Of a stretch of DNA of 64,000 nt, positions 26,115 to 39,100 are shown one piece after another. This DNA is from Phyllobates terribilis (taxonomy: Eukaryota): positions 804,574,001 through 804,638,000 of the forward strand of contig NW_027362764.1 in the NCBI RefSeq assembly GCF_046119375.1, in the 5' to 3' direction. A program made the translations under genes and the position numbers. Under the pieces are notes generated by a model. It saw only the letters and a program-made list of their open reading frames with translations. It ran no database searches and was not told where the DNA came from. Position 1 is the stretch's first letter, and the number at the start of each line of letters is the position of its first letter.

Positions 26115-27057
26115 GTATCAGGACGTACAGCAGTATGTGGGGGTATCAGGACGTACAGCAGTATGTGGGGGTATCAGGACGTACAGCACTATGTGGGGGT
26201 ATCAGGACGTACAGCACTATGTGGGGGTATCAGGACGTACAGCAGTATGTGGGGGTATCAGGACGTACAGCAGTATGTGGGGGTATCAGGACGTACAGCA
26301 CTATGTGGGGGTATCAGGACATACAGCAGTATGTGGGGATATCAGGACGTACAGCAGTATGTGGGTGTATCAGGTCGTACAGCACTATGTGAGTGTATCA
26401 GGACGTACAGCACTATGTGGGGGTATCAGGACGTACAGCACTATGTGGGGGTATCAGGACGTATAGCAGTATGTGGGGGTATCAGGACGTACAGCAGTAT
26501 GTGGAGGTATCAGGACGTACAGCACTATGTGAGTGTATCAGGACGTACAGCACTATGTGGGGGTATCAGGACGTACAGCACTATGTGGAGGTATCAGGTC
26601 GTACAGCAGTATGTGGGTGTATCAGGTCGTACAGCACTATGTGAGTGTATCAGGACATACAGCACTATGTGGGGGTATCAGGACGTACAGCACTATGTGG
26701 GTGTATCAGGTCGTACAGCACTATGTGGGGGTATCAGGACGTACAGCAGTATGTGGGTGTATCAGGTCGTACAGCACTATGTGAGTGTATCAGGACGTAC
26801 AGCACTATGTGGGGGTATCAGGACGTACAGCACTATGTGGGGGTATCAGGACGTACAGCACTATGTGGGGGTATCAGGTCGTACAGCAGTATGTGGGGGT
26901 ATCAGGACGTACAGCAGTATGTGGGGGTATCAGGACGTACAGCAGTATGTGGGGGTATCAGGACGTACAGCACTATGTGGGGGTATCAGGACGTACAGCA
27001 CTATGTGGGGGTATCAGGACGTACAGCACTATGTGGGGGTATCAGGACGTACAGCAG
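26115..27057. repeat. 28-bp tandem satellite, ~34 units
   Basis: GTATCAGGACGTACAGCA(G/C)TATGTGGGG. Confidence 0.97.
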
Positions 27058-27864
27058 ATCGTCCCTCATATAATCTATGATAATAGATGAAGGTGAACGC
27101 TTCTGTGATCGGGGGATGTGATCTGCCGACTACACCGGACACCTCTCCTCCCCGGGGCCGGAGCGGTTCTCCCGCTCATTACACGGAGATGACACGACCC
27201 CTGTATACAGAGATTCCGCTCCATGTACAATGACCGGTAATAACCGCACGAGAACCGCTCGTCTTGACACCGCGTGAAGAGAAAGAGCGGGAGAAGCGGA
27301 GAGTGACTGAGCGGGAAGCTAAAACTCACAAAAGCTCCGGGCATCAGCCAATCAGCACCAAGCATCGAGCTGTAGCTCCGCCCTTCACCCAACACTAAAC
27401 CTGCACAGCTGATGGAAACGCGGAGCCCCAAGGAGCAGCTGTAGAAAATGCCGGCAGAGCATATCCCCCTGTAGATGGAGGAGAGGAGCGGTTAATAAAT
27501 GTCCCCGGAGTCCTGAGGATGATTGTGCGGAGGAAGCAGCAGATGAGCGCTGACAGCTCTATTCTATACAGACACGATCACACCATGTCTACATGCGGCT
27601 TCTACAGCATGAGCCGCCGATGTCACTGTATGTCTATATACCCGGCACACGGAGCTGTACAGCGGCTCCTCGATCAGTCGAAATCATTGGTGTTTTAATT
27701 CCAACATAGAAAAGCCTCACACTCCCCTTTCACTATTACAGACGCGGGTTACAAGCGGTGATTGATCAGGATGTAAGAAATAAGATTTCTTCAGGACATC
27801 GGCCCCTTCCCTCCAATAACTAATGACCCTGAAGCAGCTCCCTGTACACACTATAATATCTGCC

Positions 27865-28274
27865 GGGAACAAGGCGGTGGCACTGATCATACAGCTCTGC
27901 AGGGACAAGGTGGTGACACTGACCATACAGCTCTGCAGGGACAAGGTGGTGACACTGACCATACAGCTCTGCAGGGACAAGGTGGTGACATTGACCATAC
28001 AGCTCTGCAGGGACAAGGTGATGGCACGGATCATACAGCTCTGCAGGGACAAGGTGATGGCACTGATCATACAGCTCTGCAGGGACAAGGTGATGGCACT
28101 GATCATACAGCTCTGCAGGGACAAGGTGATGGCACTGATCATACAGCTCTCCAGGGACAAGGTGGTGACACCGATCATACAGCTCTGCAGGGACAAGGTG
28201 GTGACACCGATCATACAGCTCTGCAGGGACAAGGTGGTGACACCGATCATACAGCTCTGCAGGGACAAGGTGAT
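27865..28274 (-). repeat. 36-bp tandem array beginning at the H1 stem-loop; 11 HDE-like copies
   Basis: Plus-strand ACAGCTCT at 27891, 27927 ... 28251 (36-nt steps); 12-aa periodicity in the ORF track. Confidence 0.95.
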
Positions 28275-28290
28275 GGCTCTGATAAGAGCC
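28275..28290 (-). promoter_or_regulatory. Histone 3' stem-loop of H1 (loop TATC)
   Basis: CACAAA-GGCTCT-TATC-AGAGCC-ATCAC. Confidence 0.92.
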
Positions 28291-28320
28291 TTTGTGGTGT
28301 AATAACAGGACGGCTTTGGA

Positions 28321-28974
28321 CTATTTCTTGGCCGCGGGCTTCTTGGCTTTAGTCGCCTTCTTAGCTGGACTCTTGGCAGCTTTGGGTTTGGCCGCCTTCT
28401 TAGCCGGGCTTTTCGTCACTTTCTTGGGCTTCGGAGCGGCCTTCGGCTTCTTGGGGCTCTTGGCTGGTTTCTTTGCCGCGGCTGCTGTGGGCTTCTTGGT
28501 CTTTTTCGGGCTTTTCTTGGCCGCGGTCGGAGCCTTTTTGGGCTTCTTTGGGGATTTGGCCGCTTTCTTGGCTGCGGGTTTTTTGGGTTTGGCCGCAGCC
28601 GCCGGCTTCTTCTTGGCCGGCTTGTCTTTAGTCTCCTGCTTCTTATTCAGCTTGAAGGAGCCGGAGGCGCCGCTGCCCTTCACCTGGAGCAGGGCGCCCT
28701 TGGTGACCAGAGACCTGACGGCCAACTTCAGGCGGCTGTTGTTCTTCTCCACATCGTACCCGCCGGCAGCCAGAGCCTTCTTCAGGGCGGCCAGAGACAC
28801 CCCGCTGCGCTCCTTAGAGGCGGACACGGCTTTGACGATCAGCTCGGACACGCTGGGACCGGAGGGTTTCTTGCTCTTCTTGGCGCCCCCTGCGGCGGAT
28901 TTCTTCGGCTGCTTCTTGGCTTTGGCGGCCGGTTCGGCGGGAGGAGGAGCGGCGGCTGGCACGGTCTCTACCAT
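28321..28974 (-). CDS. H1: Somatic linker histone H1 (217 aa)
   Basis: [11 protein letters not shown]...; globular domain [45 protein letters not shown]...[14 protein letters not shown]; K/A/P-rich tail with SPKK motifs. Confidence 0.95.
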   Translation of the reverse strand: MVETVPAAAPPPAEPAAKAKKQPKKSAAGGAKKSKKPSGPSVSELIVKAVSASKERSGVSLAALKKALAAGGYDVEKNNSRLKLAVRSLVTKGALLQVKGSGASGSFKLNKKQETKDKPAKKKPAAAAKPKKPAAKKAAKSPKKPKKAPTAAKKSPKKTKKPTAAAAKKPAKSPKKPKAAPKPKKVTKSPAKKAAKPKAAKSPAKKATKAKKPAAKK

Positions 28975-29042
28975 CGTGTGATGAGGAACAGACACAAGAA
29001 TCTCCTGGAAGGAAAACACTGAGGACGGAGCTGGAGGCGCCT

Positions 29043-29125
29043 CTTATATGTACAGTTACACTGCGCACTGATTGGCTGCCTCCTCCTGAGCTTCTATTGG
29101 CTAACACTGGACACAGGCCCTGCCC
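29043..29125 (-). promoter_or_regulatory. H1 promoter (TATA, two CCAAT)
   Basis: Minus TATAAG 29043-29048; CCAAT 29071-29075 and 29096-29100. Confidence 0.75.
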
Positions 29126-29500
29126 CTCCTGAGCCGAGTGAAGCTCCGCTCTCCCTTGTGCTTCCCTGCCCGGGATAAGAGCCCATTACCGGCCAGGACC
29201 GGACAGCAGAGCGCGCTTCCTCCGTGTCCTCCTCCTCCCTGACATCTCCCCTACATGTCTACAGCCGTAACTGGCGGAGGAGGAGGCAGGAAGGAGCCGG
29301 AGGAGGAGCCGGGATCTCCCCATAGTCCTCCCGGGCTGCACCTCACTGTGTATCTGCGGAGATAAAACCGCTGCGGGAGCTCGTCCCTTCTATTCCCGGC
29401 ACCGGTCACCATCACCGGGATCTGTACCCCGATCTGTATCGTGCAGGAAGCTAATTGTACGATGTGAGGACGACCTGGATCTGCTGAGAGGCCGGAAGGA

Positions 29501-30096
29501 GACACAGACGGCGGCTCCGCTCCCTGCAGCTCCTCTCCTGTTATATATATATATATATATATCAAGTGTGTGCAGTGTATGGGGGACACAGGCGGCTCCG
29601 CTCCCTGTAGCTCCTCTCCTGTTATATATATATATATATCCAGTGTGTGCAGTGTATGGGGGACACAGGCGGCTCCTCTCCCTGCAGCTCCTCTCCTATT
29701 ATATATATATATATATCCAGTGTGTGCAGTGTATGGGGGACACAGGCGGCTCCGCTCCCTGCAGCTCCTCTCCTGTTATATATATATATCCAGTGTGTGC
29801 AGTGAATGGGGGGGACACAGGCGGCTCCTCTCCCTGCAGCTCCTTTCCTGTTATATACAGTACACACCTTATCATTTAAAGAGAATGCAAAGAAGTCATC
29901 AAAGCAAAAGGTGGCTACTGTGAAGAACCTAGAATATAAGACATATTTTCAGTTGTTTCACACTTTTTTGTTAAGTATATAATTCCACATGTGGTAATTC
30001 ATAGTTTTGATGCCTTGAGTGTGAATGTGCAATTTTCATAGTCATGAAAATACAGAAAAATCTTTAAATGAGGTGTGTTCAAACTTTTGGTTTGTA

Positions 30097-30147
<51 letters not shown>

Positions 30148-30231
30148 GTGTGTGCAGTGTATTGGGGACACAGGCGGCTCCTCTCCCTGCAGTTCCTCTC
30201 CTGTTATATATATAAATCTAGCGTGTGCAGT
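29501..30231. repeat. Minisatellite of ~60-70 bp with embedded (TA)n, split by a Tc1-like MITE
   Basis: GGCGGCTCCGCTCCCTGCAGCTCCTCTCCTGT(TA)nCCAGTGTGTGCAGTGTATGGGGGACACA. Confidence 0.88.
29858..30099. mobile_element. Tc1/mariner-type MITE
   Basis: Left CAGTAC..ACACCTTATCATTTAAAGA; right TCTTTAAATGAGGTGTGTTCAAACTTTTGGTTTGTACTG; inserted in a TA run. Confidence 0.75.
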
Positions 30232-31575
30232 GCTAGACTCTGAAAGTCACAAAGCCTATCTTTATAAGGCCATCAGGCGGCCCTTACTATTCATAAAAGG
30301 CCAGCAGTCGGCCCTCTCTATTTTTAGAGAGCCAGCAGCCGGCTATGCTTTGTTGTTCCCATTATTAACAAGTGGGTCTCCTATACTGTTATTGCGTATG
30401 CAGTGATTGCAAGGGCTGCCAAAAATTCGGATGCAACCCAATACCCCTTTGAAGAGACAGAGGAGGGTCTCAGTAAAAAAAATGTTCCCATTATAAAGAA
30501 GCGGGTCTCCTATAGTGGTAATGCCCATGCTGTGACTGCAAGGGCTGCAAAAATTTGGCAAAAACACCACTAACAATTTAAAGACACACAGAGCAGGGCC
30601 ACAGTAACAAGGTAGGACATGTTCCCATTAGAAAGGAGAGGGTCTGCTATTCAGTTATAGGGTATGCAGTGAGTCCAATGGTTGCCAAAATTTGGTAAAA
30701 GTCCCACAATTTAAAGACACAGAGTAGGGCCACAGTAACGACAATTAGAAAGGAGAGGATCTCCCATACTGTTTGCCTATTTAGTGACTGACAAAATTAT
30801 GGAGAAACTCCAATGCCCCTTGCATGAGACAGAGGTCAAAGAGCTTCCTATAAACAATGTTCCCCTTATTAGGAAGTGGATCTCCCATAGTGTATGGCTA
30901 TACAGTGAAGCAATGGCTGCCAAAAATTCGGAGGCACTCCAATGCACTTTACAAGAAACGTAGATATGTTGATATGCTACATATGGTGGTGATATGGTGA
31001 TGGAGGATGCGAAGAATGAGGAGGAAAAGAGCAAATAGACAAAATTAGGACCTGTATACCCATGTGTGGGTGTGAAGACAGAGGTGCATGGGAAAAGTTA
31101 GACCTCCCCAAACAAAGATATTTGAGTTTATGTTACGCTGCTATCATTCGGTGGTGTTGAGAAGTCTCGCCCAATCCTGCCTTTGTTCATTTTTATAAGA
31201 GTCAGCCTGTCAGCATTTTCAGTTGACAGGCGGATGCACTTATCAGTTATAATTCCACCAGCGGCACTAAAAACCTGCTCTGATAAAACACTGGCGGCCG
31301 GGCAGGACCTCCAAGGCGTAGAGAGCCAGTTCATTCCACATATCCAGCTTGGAAACCCAATAATAAGGCACAGAGGAATCACGGAGGACGTTGGTACAAT
31401 CAGCAAGGTACTCCCTCCCAAACTTTGCACTCCTTGTGAGAGTACCCCGCACCTCAGGGCCTGTGCGATGGGAGGGGCTGAGAAAACTCTCCCAGAACTT
31501 TGACAGTGTTCCCCTGCCTCTGCTGGATTGGAGTTGTGTCTCTCTCGCCTGTACTCCTTGGTTTTCCAACGAACT
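30232..31575 (-). mobile_element. hAT transposon 3' fragment (dimerization domain plus subterminal repeats)
   Basis: YWVSKLDMWNELALYALEV...CPAASVLSEQVFSAAGGIITDK..RLS.EN.D.LT.IKMN; homologous to 52679-53120. Confidence 0.85.
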
Positions 31576-31958
31576 GTAATGATCCACCGGAGCGCGAGCA
31601 GCGACTGAGCGGGAAATTCAAATCCACCAACTGATCAGTGAATGAGAAGGAAACATCGGAGTAAAGCTCCGCCCACAGGAACCGACCAATCCCCGACGAC
31701 AAGATTAAGCCTTCTCTCCCCCAGCCCCGGCAGTGCACAGGAGCATCGCGCTGCTCTGGTCACACAGGTGCGGCTTCTATTACTGATCACGTGATGGATG
31801 TCACGTTATTCCTCTGCTTATTGCACTTTTCACAATATAGTTCACTCACTACTAGATCCCCTATAATTATACAGATAGTAAGTGCGCGGAGGATACGGAC
31901 AGAGGAGCAGAATGGCGGCTAATCATGAGAGTTCTCAGCTCGTCTTGGAGGATTTGGT

Positions 31959-31974
31959 GGCTCTGAAAAGAGCC
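31959..31974 (-). promoter_or_regulatory. Histone 3' stem-loop of H3 copy 2
   Basis: Canonical GGCTCT-TTTC-AGAGCC; HDE AAGACGAGCTGA retained. Confidence 0.95.
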
Positions 31975-32003
31975 TTTGTGTTGTCCTCGGGGCCCGGGCA
32001 GAT

Positions 32004-32492
<489 letters not shown>

Positions 32493-33111
32493 TCAGGCTC
32501 CGGTCACTGAGGAATTAGGAAATCACCGATTATGGAGAACGGCGACAAGAAATGGTTAACACTGGCGTCTCCTGTGGGCGGAGCCGTGACCTGATGCTCA
32601 ATGATGATTGGCTGAGCCCAGAATTTGAACTTCCCGCTCACTCCTCCTCGCTTTGTCCTCATCTATGTAACACGCGGCGTCAGTGCTGCGGATCTCGAGC
32701 GATCTGCTCGTGTATAGTGATCAGTGGCCGATCTCACTCCACACAGGGGAGATCAGACCCCAATCTGTACAGGGTCTTATGTCTCCAGATCCAGAATTCT
32801 CCCCTGATCACAGCGCAGACCCTCACTGCACTTCATGCCTCATTCTGCAGCCAGTGATCCTGTCGGATCCTCAGCCCTCACAGCTGCGACATCGGTCACC
32901 GATCACTTACACATCCCCCGATCTGCTCATCACCGAGCACTCGTCCCTTCTCTCCACGGTCACTGATGTGACGGATCCCGGGAGCTCAGGGTGGGGGCTT
33001 CTGTTTCTCTGTCCTGCAGATATTTCCCCTCATTACCGCAATCATCAGAGCACAGGACACAACCCCCGGCCCCGCAGCAGGAATCACAGCTTCTCCACTG
33101 TACATGTGGGC

Positions 33112-33127
33112 GGCTCTGATAAGAGCC
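33112..33127 (-). promoter_or_regulatory. Histone 3' stem-loop of H4 copy 1 (loop TATC), HDE-like GGAGAAGCTGTGA
   Basis: CCCAAA-GGCTCT-TATC-AGAGCC-GCCCA. Confidence 0.92.
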
Positions 33128-33159
33128 TTTGGGGGGTGAGGATGGAGCGGAGAACACAA

Positions 33160-33474
<315 letters not shown>

Positions 33475-33514
33475 TCAAGAAATCTTCCAACTGAAAGATC
33501 AGCGCTAATTCCTC

Positions 33515-33625
33515 CACTATATAGAGAGTGAGCGGACCAGAGAGAGAACCGTTCAGTGATGACGCCTCTGTGGGGCGTGTCGCATTTTAGGCTCCTCCCC
33601 TCACCTATCACTGATTGGCTGATCA
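33515..33625 (-). promoter_or_regulatory. H4 promoter (TATA, GGTCCGC H4 element, CCAAT)
   Basis: Minus CTATATAG; GGTCCGC (HINFP-type site); AGCCAATCAG. Confidence 0.75.
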
Positions 33626-34060
33626 CACGTCTGTATTTCCCTTTCCTTCTTTCTACTCAGTTATGTGTGATGAGTTGTGTAGTGATAATAACACATCCGG
33701 GCCTTGTGTATAATATCTGGACGTAGAGACTAGAAGGCGGAAGTGACTATAACTCCTATCCGGCCGACAGTGCGGGATCCTGTCCTGTTAGTTTCCTGCA
33801 TTGAGCCGTTCTCCGCAGTGACCACACGGGGGCGATATTATAACACATATTCGCTGCACTGTCTGATTCATTGCCCTCTAGTGGCAGATCTGAGAACAGA
33901 CACGTGTATCATTATTAGCCCATGTCGGGGGCACCGGCGCTTTGTCTTATTCATGGTATGAAACAAAAAGAAAGTCACAGGTAGAAGGAACTAGGCACAC
34001 CCAGAAATTATAAGTATAATGCTTAGTTCCTTGTACCTGTGGCTTTCTCTTTGTTTCAAA

Positions 34061-35088
34061 TGTGGCACCCCAGGGGTCTGGTTACCATAATAATAGAGAT
34101 ATTATGTCTGAGAGCAAGTGGGAGGTTTCTCCGGTCAGGAGCCCTAAGCATGCTACACTGCCCGCCCAGACCTGGGAGGGGAGGAATCTGCCCTTATAAA
34201 CTGGGTCTGGGGCGGGATTAGTGAGTGAAGTCCCAGACGGAGACGCAGTCTGGTCTGGAGGACAGCAGACACAGGGAAAGGAAGACCTAGGAGCTCTGTA
34301 GGAGTAGGAGCGAGTGCCAGAGGCTGGAAGCTAGATAGCTCGCCTTGGCTGAAGACACTAAACCCGGACACGGAGTCCGAGGCTGTGGGGACATCCAGGT
34401 CCAGCAGCAGAATCCAACCGGCAGGGGATTCCATGTCCTCTGGCCTTAGAAACCCGAAGGCACGGTCACAAGCAAGGGACCAGCACCGCCATCGTGAAGC
34501 GAAGGCTAACGGAAGGCCCCAAGTCACCGGCCATACGGGTGAGCACCACACGGTATACTCAGGGACGTGGGCTACTTCTACCCGCATAGAGCAAGGTAGC
34601 CAGGAAAGAGTGCAGATGGTCGGGGAGGCCTACAACTCCACCTGGCCAGGGGAGATCCTGCTTGCTTACAGACTGACCAGGCCCCTACTGCTAACCAGTA
34701 CTCCCGGGAGGGTCTGTGTTATACCATCAGTAAAGACCCTGAACTGCACCACACATCTCTGTGTTTCATCGCCGCACCAGCACCACTACTACTGGGACGC
34801 TCACACCATCACTCCCATCATCCACACTAGCTGCCCTGAGGCATTACTTCTCCCGTGGGGAGTTATCCCATTCTCGGCTGCGCAAACCACATCAGCCTCA
34901 GCGGTCTGCGGCGGTCCCCACTGACCGCAATCCACGGGTGGCGTAGTCGGACAATTACAATACCAATAGACTGCCACTGGTTTGACCGCCCTGGGCACGG
35001 ACCGGGTCACCGCCACACTGAGACTACAACCCCCAGCGATCCGGCTCCGGGTATCCCCCTGCACAGCACAGGCCCAGGGGGCGCGTCA
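34061..35088 (+). repeat. 5' LTR of outer Gypsy
   Basis: TGTGGCACCCC...GGGGCGCGTCA. Confidence 0.95.
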
Positions 35089-35092
35089 ACTT

Positions 35093-35111
35093 TGGCGTAG
35101 TCGGCAGGATT
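35093..35111 (+). promoter_or_regulatory. PBS complementary to tRNA-Ser 3' end
   Basis: TGGCGTAGTCGGCAGGATT, 4 nt after the LTR. Confidence 0.88.
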
Positions 35112-36156
35112 TCGTGCCCGCAACCACCGGGTACTGCGTGCCAGAAAAAGAGACTTTTATACTTACCTGTGGTGAAGTTTCCCGCAGTCCGGAGCCGTTT
35201 CCCGCCATCGGACGCCATCTTGGACCGTTTCCCGCCGTCTTCTGCCTTCTTCCCGCCATCCGCAGCTGCTTCCCGCCTTCGGACGCCATCTTCGGGACGC
35301 CGCACGGGAAGAAGAGGAGTGTGGACGCCGAAAGCGCGCGAGATCCGAAGCTCCGCCCCACGTTCCGACGCTGCGTAAGGTCCTGGAAGGGAGGAAGAGC
35401 GACGCTGACGTCATCGGAGCGCGACGCCAGGTCCTCAACCCCGACGATCGACTGCGGAGCCGCGGCCTACGGAAGAAGAGCATCGTAAGGTAGGCCACGG
35501 TCCACTAGGGGGGAAGGAGGATGTCGGACACAGAGGGGAGCTCCACCGCCACACCGGCCGCCAGCGCAACCGCTGCAGCAGTCATGCCATTCACCATGCC
35601 CTATATCCCGGGGGCAACCTGGCTATCCCAGTACTCAGGGGAGTCACATACCCTGAGTGACTTTAGGGAAAGACTTGATAGCCTCTTCCAAGTATACCCC
35701 CTCACGGAAGAGCAAAAAGTAAGCTGTTATGTTCTGCTACCAGAGCTAAGGAAAGAGAGGAGATCTGTCCCTACAATAGAACTTAGCTGAATCCCTACGA
35801 TGTAACAGGGAACCTGATCCTGCGATCAGACCTGCTAAAGTCCTAAGCTAGTCTGTACGGAGACCTATAGATGTGGGGAAGGAATCCCTACAAGTACTAA
35901 GGACTGGGAGGAAAATGGGACACCTCCTAACAGAAATAGTAGCAGACAGACGAACAAACAAAATATATAGAACATAGAGGTCCGTAGACCAAGCAAACTA
36001 ACAGAGTTAGATACAGAGCACAGGCTAGCTAGAAAGTAGTTATACAATGAAGTCCAGCAAAGCCAGAAGGGCGGAGCAGGATTAAATAGGCCAACAAGGT
36101 CATGTGACCAGCAAAGGAAAAAACCTAAGAGCAAGGTTCTAACAGTACCCCCCCTT

Positions 36157-39100
36157 CTAAGAGGATCCTCCGGATCCCCTAGGACCAGGCTTATCAGGAA
36201 ATCTCCTGTGAAACGCTCTGATAAGTCTGGACGCGGAAACATCATCTGACCTCACCCAAGAGTTATCCTCGGGTCCGAAACCTTTCCAGGCCACAAGATA
36301 CTGCAAACTACCTCTATACCGTCTAGAGTTAAGGATGCGAGAAATTTCATATTCCCCGTCCTCCACCACCGGAGGAACAGAGGCAGAGGCGTCACCATCC
36401 GACACAACAGCTTTTTTTAACAGAGAGACATGAAATACCGGATTAATTCTCCAGGAGGTAGGAACCTCCAACCTAACAGCAGATTGGTTAACAACCTGAA
36501 GCACCTTAAAGGGCCCTACAAACTTGGGACCCAATTTCTTAGAAGGAATCCTCAACCGCAGATTCCTAGAGGACAACCAAACCATGTCACCAACAGCGAA
36601 CAAAACCTCCTGTCGTTTCCTATCAAAGTAGTCTTTAGATTTTCTGTTGGCCTCCTGAAGATTACCACGCACATCCGTCCAAACTCTCTCCAAATCACCG
36701 GAAAAATTCTCCTCCTCAGGCACGGCAGATCCCAACTTGGAGAACGACCTAAACGACGGATGTCTCCCAGAACAACAAAAAAAAGGCGAACAACCAGCAG
36801 AAGAAGATGTATGATTGTTCAGAGCAAATTCAGCAAGTGGCAGAAACTCAGACCACCCCTCTTGATTGTCTGCCACAAAACAACGCAAGAACTGCTCAAC
36901 ATCCTGGTTTTTCCTTTCTGTCTGGCCATTAGATTCAGGATGATATCCGGACGAGAACGACAAATGAACTCCCAACCTGTCACAAAAGGCACGCCAAAAA
37001 TGAGCCACGAACTGAGGACCCCTATCAGAAACAATGTCAGTAGGAACGCCATGAAGTCTGACAATTTCCTTGACAAAGGCCTTAGCGAGAGTTTTAGCGC
37101 AGGGCAGTTTGACGAAGGGAACCAAGTGACACATCTTGCTAAAACGGTCCACGACCACCCAGATGACAGTAAAACCCTCAGAGGGGGGAAGGTCAGTTAT
37201 AAAGTCCATAGCCAAATGTGTCCAAGGAGCACTGGGAACCTCCAAAGGACAAAGCAACCCCGCAGCAGGAGTATGTGAGGACTTAGATCTAGCACATATA
37301 GTACATTGACGCACCCACTTAATGACCTCCTTCTGCCATCCAGGCCACCAAAAACTGCGACCCACCAGTCTCTTGGTCTCAGAGATTCCGGGATGACCTG
37401 CCAACCGAGACTCGTGACACTCAACAAACAAATCTCTCCTAAAGGTCCCAGGCACAAACAACCTCCCATGAGGAGTGTTTGATGGGGCATTCTCCTGTGC
37501 TTTAAGAATCTCATCTTCCAAAACGGAGTCCAAAGCAGCTATCACAACACCTTCTTGTAAAATGTTCTCCTCTTTCTCAGCACCGACTATGGGAGAAAAA
37601 CTGCGAGACAAGGCATCCGCCTTAACATTCTTAGTACCAGGGATGTAAGTAACGGAGAAATTAAACCGCGAGAAAAACAGTGCCCACCTAGCCTGACGGG
37701 CATTCAGGCGCTTGGCAGCATCAAGATATATCAGATTTTTATGATCCGTAAGAACCTGAACGGGAAATTCCGCACCTTCCAAGAAGTGGCGCCAGTGTTC
37801 AAATGCGAGTTTAATAGCCAATAATTCCCGATTACCAATATCGTAATTCAGTTCAGTCTCCGAAAGTTTTTTTGAAAAAAAGGCACAGGGATGTAATCCA
37901 TCCCCGTTATCCTGAGACAATACTGCGCCAACCCCCACAGAGGAAGCATCAACCTCAACCAAAAACGGCTTAGTCACATCAGGCTGCATAAGGATGGGAG
38001 CAGAGGTGAACCTCTCCTTGATATACACAAAAGCTTCAATGGCCTCAGAAGACCACTGAACCGCATCAGCACCTTTCCTGGTGAGATCGGTCAGAGGTTT
38101 CACAATACTAGAAAATTTTTTTATGAATTTTCTGTAATAATTGGCGAAACCTAAAAACCTCTGTATCGATTTCAAACCAATAGGCCTAGGCCATTCCTGC
38201 ACAGCTTGAACTTTCACCGGGTCCATCTCCAAACCTTCGCTGGAGATAATGTAGCCCAAAAAACTAATTCTCTGTACAGCGAACTCACATTTCTCCAGCT
38301 TAGCAAAAAGCGAATTGTCCATTAATAACTGTAATACCTCACGTACGCTCCGCCAATGAGATTCCAGATCCGGCGAATAAATCAAAATGTCATCCAAATA
38401 CACAACCACATTTTTGCCGATCAAAGGTCTAAGGATGTCATTAATCAGATTCTGAAAAAATGCAGGAGCATTAGTAAGACCAAAAGGCATAACCAGATTC
38501 TCAAAATGACCCACAGGAGTGTTAAAAGCAGTCTTCCATTCATCACCCTCCTTCATGCGCAACAGATTGTATGCCCCCTTAAGGTCAATTTTAGAGAACC
38601 ACTTGGCCCCCATTAACTGGTTAAACAGATCAGGAATCAATGGCAGTGGGTAAGGATTGCGTACAGTAATTTTGTTAATCTCACGAAAATCCAGACAAGG
38701 ACGTAAACCGCCGTCCTTTTTTTTTACAAAAAAAAATCCAACCGCCACAGGAGACTTAGAGGGCCTAATGTGACCGGCGGCCAAACTTGTCTGTATGTAT
38801 TCCTCCAAAGCCTTCCTCTCAGGAATAGTAAGGTTAAATAAACGACTTTTAGGAAGAGTCGCTCCAGGGACAAATTCAATAGAACAATCATAGTCTCTAT
38901 GGGGAGGCAAAACCTGCGATTCCTTCTCAGAAAAAACTCTCCAAAAATCCTGAATAGGAACAGGCAATTCTCCCCTATCCAAAGCTGCAATACGCCCGTT
39001 ACAACACTTGTCATAACATTTATGGCTCCAGGATTTAATTTCACTGGTAGACCAATCCAGTACAGGATTGTGAAATTTTAACCAGGGCAATCCCAATATT

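Noticed and set aside
26115-28302. Repetitive ORFs in the 28-bp and 36-bp arrays; CRISPR-like appearance
   Set aside because: Pure tandem repeats with no unique spacers and no cas genes, in a eukaryotic context.
29501-30231. Minisatellite with GAGGAGCTGC as a further HDE array
   Set aside because: No stem-loop or histone 3' end adjacent; it lies upstream of H1; the match to U7 is short.
34153-35100. ORFs of 144-189 aa in both outer LTRs (also 47387-48522)
   Set aside because: No recognisable domain; ends differ between the two LTR copies; expected in GC-rich 1-kb LTRs.
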